A stretch of DNA of 64,000 nt, taken from positions 352,001 to 416,000 of the forward strand of contig OY764265.1 of assembly GCA_963668355.1 (NCBI GenBank), read 5' to 3'. Position 1 is the first letter of the stretch. Each line of letters begins with the position of its first letter. The translations under genes were made by a program, and so were the position numbers. The notes under the pieces are model-generated. The model did not search any database and had not been told where the DNA came from. It saw only the letters and a list, made by a program, of their open reading frames with translations. Shown one piece after another: positions 56,609 through 64,000 of the stretch. The stretch comes from Bdellovibrionota bacterium (GTDB taxonomy: Bacteria > Bdellovibrionota_G > JALEGL01 > DATDPG01).

Positions 56609-57645
56609 AAAAAACAAGTTGGGGAGATCGAGAGACACAGTTCTTTTTCAATCTCTCGCCCGCACATATCTTGGATGCCGTTGAACAATCTGGCGTAAAG
56701 CTCAATGGACGCTGCATTCCATTAAATAGTTTTGAGAATCGTGTGTACGAACTGGAATTGGACACCGAGGACAACCAACTACCAGATGAGCGTCTCTCTA
56801 CCCGGCGAGTCGCCAAATTCTATCGTCCAGGAAGATGGACCCTCCAACAAATCCAGGAAGAACACGACTTCCTACAAGAACTCGCAGATCATGAAGTCCC
56901 GGTTGTTCAACCCCTATCCTTTCCGGACGGCAAAACCATCCACCAAATGGATGAATTTGGGCTTTTTTATTCCATCTTTCCCAAAGTGGGGGGACGTTCC
57001 CCGGAGGAATTAACCCAGGACCAAAGGCTTCAATTGGGCCGCCTTTTGGCCCGCATTCACAGCATAGGTAGTTCTCGACCTTCCGAACATCGCTTGGAAC
57101 TCACTCCGGTTTCCTATGGCCTCAACAATCTTGAATTCCTTCTAGAAGAAGGCTGGATTCCCGACAATTTCAGAACCCGCTTTGAATCGGCAGCACGTGA
57201 GATCTGTCAGATCGGAATCGAACGATTTAAAGGCATCGAAATGATTCGTCTCCATGGAGATTGTCACCTCGGAAATCTGCTTTGGAACCAAGGACAAGCG
57301 TTTTTTCTCGATTTCGACGACATGGTGAAAGGGCCCGAGATTCAAGACATCTGGTTACTCTTAACCGAACGAGGACAGCAAGGCTGGCAGCAATTGGAGG
57401 AAATTCTATTGGGATATGAAGAAATGAGGCCTTTTCCTCGAGACACATTGGGCCTCATGGAAATTCTACGGTCCTTGAGATTCATTCATTTTTCCGCATG
57501 GTTTGCCAAAAGATGGAAAGACCCCACATTTCCCATCGCTTTCCCGCATTTCAACACACTCAAATATTGGCAAGACCAAACACTAGATTTGGAAGAGCAA
57601 CTCCAACTCATTCAGGGTCAACACCCACAAGAACGCTCTTTTTAG
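56605..57645 (+). CDS. srkA: Stress response Ser/Thr kinase SrkA/RdoA
   Basis: LNSFENRVY, KFYRPGRW, RLHGDCHLGN, DFDD, DPTFPIAFP. Start at ATG 56605. Confidence 0.93.
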   Translation: MKKTSWGDRETQFFFNLSPAHILDAVEQSGVKLNGRCIPLNSFENRVYELELDTEDNQLPDERLSTRRVAKFYRPGRWTLQQIQEEHDFLQELADHEVPVVQPLSFPDGKTIHQMDEFGLFYSIFPKVGGRSPEELTQDQRLQLGRLLARIHSIGSSRPSEHRLELTPVSYGLNNLEFLLEEGWIPDNFRTRFESAAREICQIGIERFKGIEMIRLHGDCHLGNLLWNQGQAFFLDFDDMVKGPEIQDIWLLLTERGQQGWQQLEEILLGYEEMRPFPRDTLGLMEILRSLRFIHFSAWFAKRWKDPTFPIAFPHFNTLKYWQDQTLDLEEQLQLIQGQHPQERSF

Positions 57646-57648
57646 AGC

Positions 57649-58005
57649 TCAACCCGTTAGACTTTTTAAGCCAAACAAAGACCAAATTGCCAAGGCAATG
57701 AACAAAAGTGCGGCGGTACCCAAAATGCGAATCAGAAAATGAAAGGCATCTTTTCCTCGTTTAACATGGTCCATGACCACGCTACACACGATCAAAAAGG
57801 GAAGAATCCAGCTTCGAAAAACGTATAAACCAGACATCAAGGCTGACTCCGAAGAAAGAAACCGACCCCAAGGAATCGCCCAAAAAACCACAAGAACAGC
57901 TAACAAGGCAATCGTTGCATACATATACGTTTTCGGTTTGGGGACAATTCGCACGATGGCCGAATCGATCGTCTTTTCTTGAGAAGATGGAGGCCTTTCA
58001 ATCAT
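57649..58005 (-). CDS. Hypothetical membrane protein
   Basis: Three hydrophobic segments; fills the intergenic gap. Confidence 0.65.
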   Translation of the reverse strand: MIERPPSSQEKTIDSAIVRIVPKPKTYMYATIALLAVLVVFWAIPWGRFLSSESALMSGLYVFRSWILPFLIVCSVVMDHVKRGKDAFHFLIRILGTAALLFIALAIWSLFGLKSLTG

Positions 58006-58094
58006 GGGTTCGACTTACGAGTGTCGCGTATTTCCTTTGAAATGAAAAGTTCCTTTGATTCGCCGCGTTTTTCTGAGAAAACCTTTTTCCAAAG

Positions 58095-58433
58095 ATGTCC
58101 TCATCCACCTATGAAAGAATTTTCCAAACGGTTCAAAACATCCCCTCCGGAAAAGTAGCCACATATGGTCAAATCGCTTATCGGGCCAGGGCCTCAGGCC
58201 CCAGGCAAGTTGGATATGCCCTACACCACCTTCCTCAGGGTTCTTCTGTGCCCTGGCATCGAGTAATCAACTCCAAAGGGGAAATCAGTTTGCCAGCCGG
58301 ATCAGAATTGCATGAGATTCAAAAGACGCTCTTGGAAGCGGAAGGGATTGAGTTTAGTCCAGAAGGAAAAATTTCACGATCCAAATATCTATGGGAACAC
58401 AAGCTCCCTAAACCGCGACCTTATTCTGAGTAG
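58095..58433 (+). CDS. atl: Alkyltransferase-like protein (ATL/YbaZ)
   Basis: IPSGKVATYGQIA and PWHRV (Trp in place of the catalytic Cys). Confidence 0.9.
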   Translation: MSSSTYERIFQTVQNIPSGKVATYGQIAYRARASGPRQVGYALHHLPQGSSVPWHRVINSKGEISLPAGSELHEIQKTLLEAEGIEFSPEGKISRSKYLWEHKLPKPRPYSE

Positions 58434-60195
58434 ATTCTCGTTTCTCGCCAATGTACTGGATGGTCTGTGCAATATGCGCCGCATAGGCATTGATTTGTTT
58501 CAGAAGGTCCATCAATTCCATATGAATTTCATGCGTCTCAATGGACGCCTCCATTTCATCCTGTAACCGACGAAGGTGGCGTTTCCGAAAATCAATTTCT
58601 AAATCTGAGTATTTTTCTTCTTTGGACATCACTTTCTCAGCAATCTCCATGTCCATGCCTTTAAAGGCGTCATCCAGGCGGGCCATTTGTTTCACAATCT
58701 TGGTGTGAAAGGCAATCAGCTCATTCTTGCCTTCTTCCGAAAAATCGGTGTTGAGAAGCCGTTTCTTTCGAATGAGCGGAATCATATTCTTTTGAATGAC
58801 ATCCCCAATGCTTTCCATGTCATTCACAATGGACATCATGGCATACACTTCTTTGATTTGTTCTTTTGCGATTTCTTGTCGTCCAATATTTCGCAGGTAC
58901 TCCACAATGCTCTTTTCCAGAAAATCGACCTTCTCTTCACGAAAGACAATCGCCTCCACGACGGTCATATGGGGATACCAAGGATCGGGGTGCCGCTCAT
59001 TGGTTTGAAAAGGAACGATCACAGACTCCAACATTCCCTTTAAGGTTCCCGCCATTCGAGAAATTTCACTCCGAGCCAGCTTGATGGCAACGGCCGGAGT
59101 TGCCAACGCAGAATCTCGAAGATACTTCGTGGTCTGAACCATTACGTGTTCGTTTTCACGTTTCGGCAGCAACACGTGAAGCAGTTTGTGAAAGGGTTTT
59201 AAGAAGGGAAGTGCCAGAAACGCTGAGCTAACGTTGAAAAAGGTATGGGCATTTGCGATTTGCCTGGGCGCTTCCGTCGCTAGCCGTTCCAACCCCACAC
59301 CATGTCCCTCGGGCGAAAACCAACGTACCAGTTCCGCAAAATATGGAATCCAGAAAGCAAACACCAACACCCCTGCAACCCGGAATAAGAAATGGGCCAA
59401 GGCTACTCTTTTTGCATCCCGAGAAGCTCCCATACTTGCCAAAATGGCCGTTATGGTGGTCCCCACATTGGTTCCAAGAATCAACGGGATTCCTGCCTCC
59501 AAAGAAAGAAGTCCTTGCTGAGCCAGTACAATCATGATCCCTGTAAAGGCGCTGCTACTTTGGATGAGCGCGGTAAACACACAACCGAAAAGAAGGCCCA
59601 TCCACGGATTCTCCAAACCTTTTAGAACTTTCAAGAAGGGTTCATACGTCCGCAAAGGAACCATGGCATCAGACATGAGCTTCATGCCAAAAAACAAAAT
59701 TCCGAAGCCGAACAAGGTCTCCCCAAAATACTTGGTGGACTCCTTTCGACCGAAGAGCGTCATGGCGAATCCGATGGCGATCATGAGCAAGGCATAATCG
59801 GTCAACTTAAATGCAACCAACTGAGCTGTAACGGTGGCCCCAATTCCCGCTCCTAAAATGACGCCCAAAGATTGGGTCAACGTCATGAGCTGGGCCTGCA
59901 CAAAGCTCACCAGCATGACTGTAGTGGCACTTGAACTTTGGATGACCATCGTCACCAGGGCACCCACAAAAAGCCCGACAAATTGATTCCGAGTCAGAGC
60001 CGACATAATGTCACGCATGCCATCCCCGGCTGCCTTTTTCATGCCGCGACTCATTTTTTCCATGCCGAAAAGGAATAGGGCCAGTCCTCCTATCACGGTC
60101 ATCAGAAGGGCCGTCCACTCAATTCCCGAAGAAGCTTCGGCTGCATGAGCCAAAGACCAGAATAGAATGAACGCTATGGAGAAAACCCAAATCAT
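58408..60195 (-). CDS. Na/Pi cotransporter family protein with PhoU-like domains
   Basis: GGLALFLFGM, two IQSSSA repeats, IANAHTFFN, helical C-terminus. Confidence 0.95.
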   Translation of the reverse strand: MIWVFSIAFILFWSLAHAAEASSGIEWTALLMTVIGGLALFLFGMEKMSRGMKKAAGDGMRDIMSALTRNQFVGLFVGALVTMVIQSSSATTVMLVSFVQAQLMTLTQSLGVILGAGIGATVTAQLVAFKLTDYALLMIAIGFAMTLFGRKESTKYFGETLFGFGILFFGMKLMSDAMVPLRTYEPFLKVLKGLENPWMGLLFGCVFTALIQSSSAFTGIMIVLAQQGLLSLEAGIPLILGTNVGTTITAILASMGASRDAKRVALAHFLFRVAGVLVFAFWIPYFAELVRWFSPEGHGVGLERLATEAPRQIANAHTFFNVSSAFLALPFLKPFHKLLHVLLPKRENEHVMVQTTKYLRDSALATPAVAIKLARSEISRMAGTLKGMLESVIVPFQTNERHPDPWYPHMTVVEAIVFREEKVDFLEKSIVEYLRNIGRQEIAKEQIKEVYAMMSIVNDMESIGDVIQKNMIPLIRKKRLLNTDFSEEGKNELIAFHTKIVKQMARLDDAFKGMDMEIAEKVMSKEEKYSDLEIDFRKRHLRRLQDEMEASIETHEIHMELMDLLKQINAYAAHIAQTIQYIGEKRESTQNKVAV

Positions 60196-60297
60196 TTCAG
60201 AGTTTTTACCTCAGCCGGAGGCTTCGTGCAAACCGGAGAACGCCTTCCGAGCAGAACAAGCAATCTTGTGCCCATCCCCAAAGGAGTATGTTAAACC

Positions 60298-61284
60298 ATG
60301 GATGTCATGAATGATTCGACCGTTTCTAAGATTGCTGTTTTAACCTCCGGTGGGGATTCTCCGGGAATGAATGCCGCCATTCGAGGCGTGGTCCGCCAAG
60401 GACTGAAGCGTGGAATTGAAGTCATTGGTTGCCGTCACGGCTATCAAGGTCTTTTGTCCAATGACTACACTCCGTTAACAAGAGAATCCGTGTCGAACAT
60501 CATTCACCTGGGAGGTTCTATTCTCACTAGTTCCAGATGCGAGGAATTTCGAGAACCCCAAGGAAGGGAGAAGGCCTTCAAAAATTGTCGAGCGCAAGGC
60601 ATTGATGCCCTGATTGTGATTGGAGGAAACGGTTCTTCTCAAGGAGCCTTCCTCCTTCAAAAAGAAACGGGAATGAAATCCATCGTCCTCCCGGGAACCA
60701 TCGACAATGACATCTATGGAAGCAACTGGTCCATCGGATTTGATACGGCCGTGAACACAGCTTTGGAGTCCGTGGATCGGATTCGAGACACGGCCAATGC
60801 AATGGAGAGAATCTTTTTCGTAGAAGTTATGGGCAGACACTGTGGAAACATTGCCATACATGCGGGAGTTGCCTCCGGCGCTGATTATGTCGTCATCCCT
60901 GAAATCCCTACTGAGATTGATCTGCTCTGCCAAGAAATCAAGCAAGATGCACAAACCAAGCATACGGTTCTCATTGTTGTTTCCGAAGGAGATGACTTTG
61001 GAAATGCTCATAAAATTTCTCAAGCGCTCTTTGAGAAAACGGGGTTAAAAAGTTGGGTTACCAACCTGGGACATGTTCAAAGAGGTGGGAGTCCAACTTC
61101 CCGAGATCGTTTTTTTGCCACGGCCACAGCCGTTGCAGCCGTAAATGATTTGGCCGAGGGAAAAGGCGGGACCCTAATGGGGGTGGCACAAAATTCTCTG
61201 GTTCGCGTTCCACTGGAGAAAGCTGCCAACAAAAAGAAAAGCCTGGACCATTCTTTCTTAAAATTATTGGACCTACAACATTGA
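60298..61284 (+). CDS. pfkA: ATP-dependent 6-phosphofructokinase
   Basis: TSGGDSPGMNA, PGTIDND, VEVMGR, LGHVQRGG. Confidence 0.96.
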   Translation: MDVMNDSTVSKIAVLTSGGDSPGMNAAIRGVVRQGLKRGIEVIGCRHGYQGLLSNDYTPLTRESVSNIIHLGGSILTSSRCEEFREPQGREKAFKNCRAQGIDALIVIGGNGSSQGAFLLQKETGMKSIVLPGTIDNDIYGSNWSIGFDTAVNTALESVDRIRDTANAMERIFFVEVMGRHCGNIAIHAGVASGADYVVIPEIPTEIDLLCQEIKQDAQTKHTVLIVVSEGDDFGNAHKISQALFEKTGLKSWVTNLGHVQRGGSPTSRDRFFATATAVAAVNDLAEGKGGTLMGVAQNSLVRVPLEKAANKKKSLDHSFLKLLDLQH

Positions 61285-61483
61285 GCCTTCCCCACTCCCT
61301 TTTTTGCAAAAGGGTAAAAAAAGTATATATTTTTTATCTTTTATTCTCAGGTATTTACACCCACGTAACCGGTTGCTTCAGATTTTGATTGCGGATTTTT
61401 GTGTCAATTTGATGATATAATGAGTGCGCATGTTGAATGGCCCAAACGCCTCCATTCGACCCCATTTAAAGAAAGGGTTTCCC

Positions 61484-62434
61484 ATGTTTCATCGACCAAA
61501 CATCCTTTTCATTTTATTGATGTCCATCTTTCTAACCCTTGGCTGTTCGAGTACAGGATCCAATTTTTCGTACGACAGTTTGTTTGATGTAGAGTTGGAC
61601 GCGCCATCACCGGACGCGGAAGTCTTTGCACCCACGGACGATGATTCCGGATACACTCCGGGCGGAAGCACCTCGTCTAGCTCCGGAGGAGACACCATTG
61701 ACCCTGAAGTCATCGATGACCCCTTCGACCAAGGAGACCCCGCCGGAGATGATCATGGTCTCGCAGCCACACTTTTTTACATGAATCCTGACCCCACTTC
61801 TGCGGAGAGGGCTCAAGGGTTTGGGATGTTCGCCGGTCCATATGCCAGTGATTCGTCCCATGAAATTGCGAATAAGCTGATTCTTTCTAGGCTCAACCGA
61901 CCTACCGTCAGTTGGTCAACCGGTTTCGAATATGCCCCGGGAGAATTCATTTCCTTCACCAATGGTGATGGGCAAGAAGAAGTCTTGGTGGAGTGGTTCG
62001 GTTTTATTGCGGACACAAAAATCACTCTGACCGAAAGTGACCCCGAGGGAGATTATGAATTTGCGGTTCTCTCCGATGACGGCTTTACGATGGAGGTTGT
62101 CCAAAACGGTCTTCCCGTGCAAGTCATTGATAGCGATGGAGAACATTCCACCAGACTCGGATGTGGAACCCAAACCATTCACTTGGAGCAAGGAGAAGAA
62201 CTCGAGACCCGTTTCTCCTACTATCAAGGGCCTCGCTATCACATTTCGTTTGTTCTCCTGTGGAGAAGCGGAACCGATTTGGTGGATGAAACCGACTGCG
62301 GAGATGCCGGAAACTCCATGTGGTTCGATGGCGATGGAGACTCCTCTCCCACGGAAAAATACAACCAACTTTTGCAAAGAGGCTGGAGCGTCGTTCCGGC
62401 CGAAAACTATCTTCTTCCAGATTACGTTCTCTAG
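61484..62434 (+). CDS. PA14-domain lipoprotein
   Basis: Lipobox LTLG|C; PA14-type YEFAVLSDDG...YYQGPRYHI. Start placed at MFHRP. Confidence 0.8.
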   Translation: MFHRPNILFILLMSIFLTLGCSSTGSNFSYDSLFDVELDAPSPDAEVFAPTDDDSGYTPGGSTSSSSGGDTIDPEVIDDPFDQGDPAGDDHGLAATLFYMNPDPTSAERAQGFGMFAGPYASDSSHEIANKLILSRLNRPTVSWSTGFEYAPGEFISFTNGDGQEEVLVEWFGFIADTKITLTESDPEGDYEFAVLSDDGFTMEVVQNGLPVQVIDSDGEHSTRLGCGTQTIHLEQGEELETRFSYYQGPRYHISFVLLWRSGTDLVDETDCGDAGNSMWFDGDGDSSPTEKYNQLLQRGWSVVPAENYLLPDYVL

Positions 62435-62461
62435 GTAATCTCTCGTAAGACGATTGAAAGA

Positions 62462-62491
62462 AAAAAGGCGCGGAATTTTCCGCGCCTTTTT
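62462..62491. terminator. Bidirectional intrinsic terminator
   Basis: AAAAAGGCGCGGAA-TT-TTCCGCGCCTTTTT between convergent genes. Confidence 0.85.
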
Positions 62492-63014
62492 ATTTTTGGA
62501 TTTGAACCATTCCTTCTAAAAAACCGATAAGTCTCTGGAAATCTTCCGGTGCAATGGCCGCCACAGGTAAGTCAAAGAGAAATGCCTGACTATTGTGAAG
62601 CCCTTCGGCCCCTTTGGCATCCAATGTGCCAATGACAATGTGTTCAATGCCGGAGTTCAAAACCAACTGCTTGCCATTGAGACCCCAACCCAAATGACGG
62701 TTGAGCGTCCTCCACGAAAGAAGGGTCCCTTTGGTCTCAACCAGGGAAATCTCTATATGGGAAAACACTTTCCGAATAATTCGAAGCTTGCTTCCCTCGA
62801 CTTTGATCTCACCCCCAGCAAACCCCAAAAAGAGAGACAAACCCAAAAAAAGGAAAAAACCGATAATGCTGGCGAAATTTGTTTGGTTGCGGGTCAACCA
62901 ACCCCAATGATTGATGGCATACAAAAGCCATCCAAAAAACATCATCCCCAGGAAAAAAAGAAGAGGCGCCACAATCGTCATTTTGGGTTGAAAGCGAATC
63001 TTGCATGAAAACAT
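62490..63014 (-). CDS. Hypothetical membrane protein (2 TM plus soluble domain)
   Basis: ORF with two hydrophobic helices, ending at the terminator. Confidence 0.65.
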   Translation of the reverse strand: MFSCKIRFQPKMTIVAPLLFFLGMMFFGWLLYAINHWGWLTRNQTNFASIIGFFLFLGLSLFLGFAGGEIKVEGSKLRIIRKVFSHIEISLVETKGTLLSWRTLNRHLGWGLNGKQLVLNSGIEHIVIGTLDAKGAEGLHNSQAFLFDLPVAAIAPEDFQRLIGFLEGMVQIQK

Positions 63015-63080
63015 TTAAACCCCGATCCTTTTGAAGATGCCCTCAAAAAGTTTATCAAAATGGCAAGATATTCGAAGGGA

Positions 63081-63716
63081 TTAAATCGCTCCGTGGTAGA
63101 AAAATCGACCCAAACCTACCGTAAACAGCAGACAACCATACAGCGTATGTTCGAACCAAACCAGTAGCAAGGAACGACTTCGGACATAGGTATGAGAAAA
63201 CAACACACCTCCAATGAGAGCAAAACTCAGGGCAATGCCATTCCAGTAAAAAATATGTAAGTGCGCAAATAGAAACGAACTCATCACGAAAAGCCAAAAA
63301 GGAGACAAAAGCATTCGATACCGATGAAAAAAGAACGACCGATAAATCAGCTCTTGGGGAAGAGCTGATAAGAAGGGATACAAGCCCATCACCATAAGCC
63401 ACATTCGAACATTTTTTCTCGGAAACGAGAGAAAGGACTCAGGAAAAAACACTCGGGCAGTCACAGTTAATAGGACACCCAGAAACAGAAACCGAACAAA
63501 GACGAACCACCAAGAGGAGAAAAACCCTTCCCTCCCCCAAATCTCCTTCTTTTTCAAACCACTTTTCACCAAGAATCGGAAAGCCAGCATTCCGCCTACC
63601 CCCAACCCTCCGATCAGCAATCCGCCATTTAAAGGCAACCAACCTAACAAAAGTAAGAAAGGGGGAAGAATAAATAGAAAAATGATCTCAACGATTAAAC
63701 GAATTTTCTTCGACAT
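63081..63716 (-). CDS. CPBP (Abi/CAAX protease) family intramembrane metalloprotease
   Basis: PQELIYRS, FAHLH, EHTLYG motifs. Confidence 0.88.
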   Translation of the reverse strand: MSKKIRLIVEIIFLFILPPFLLLLGWLPLNGGLLIGGLGVGGMLAFRFLVKSGLKKKEIWGREGFFSSWWFVFVRFLFLGVLLTVTARVFFPESFLSFPRKNVRMWLMVMGLYPFLSALPQELIYRSFFFHRYRMLLSPFWLFVMSSFLFAHLHIFYWNGIALSFALIGGVLFSHTYVRSRSLLLVWFEHTLYGCLLFTVGLGRFFYHGAI

Positions 63717-63726
63717 GAGAGAAGTC

Positions 63727-64000
63727 TCATTTAAACACATTCACCGTTTTTATATTCACGAACTCTTTGATGCCGTACGCGGTCAACTCTCTTCCGAAGC
63801 CCGATTTTTTGATCCCTCCAAATGGAAACCTGGGATCTGACTTCACAAAAGAATTTACAAAACAGGATCCGGCTTGCAGCTTGTCCTTGGCCATCCGCTC
63901 ACCTTTATTCAAATCTTGAGTAAACACGGCTCCTCCCAGACCATATTCGGAGTCGTTGGCCAGGGAAACGGCCTCTTCTTCACTCTTGGCTGAAACCACA
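63727..64000 (-). CDS. NAD-dependent aldehyde (succinate-semialdehyde-like) dehydrogenase, C-terminal part
   Basis: ANDSEYGLGGAVFT, PFGGIKKSGFGREL. Confidence 0.92.
   Translation of the reverse strand, partial: VVSAKSEEEAVSLANDSEYGLGGAVFTQDLNKGERMAKDKLQAGSCFVNSFVKSDPRFPFGGIKKSGFGRELTAYGIKEFVNIKTVNVFK

Overview
A 64-kb bacterial chromosomal window, probably from a deltaproteobacterial-grade lineage (Bdellovibrionota/Myxococcota-like, inferred from protein families). Most of it is housekeeping: prmC-prfA-rpmE, recG, pyrC, folK, uppP, uvrB, cysS, nfuA, yajQ, rfbB, srkA, pfkA and several transporters. I saw no rRNA, tRNA, CRISPR array or mobile element. The most striking signal is non-coding. 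The 850-bp gap after a PAS histidine kinase / sigma54-activator pair (3189-6497) holds two tandem paralogous small-RNA candidates (~6732-6916 and ~7113-7311). Each has its own -24/-12 sigma54 promoter and TGTAA-N3-TTAC upstream sites. Each folds into two hairpins whose stems have diverged but whose loops are identical C-rich, anti-Shine-Dalgarno-like motifs (ACCUCAUUUCCCCCUACG and CCCUCCUUC). A third C-rich two-hairpin element lies in the yceI 3' UTR. Other highlights are an 11-gene TetR-controlled lipid operon resembling a split, expanded myxobacterial elb ether-lipid system (29831-41482), an orphan monocistronic rplC with a structured leader, a divergent OmpA/beta-barrel plus CTERM-tagged surface-protein pair, and a sigma54-driven pair of large minor pilins. 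All functional calls come from motif recognition by eye; no searches were run.
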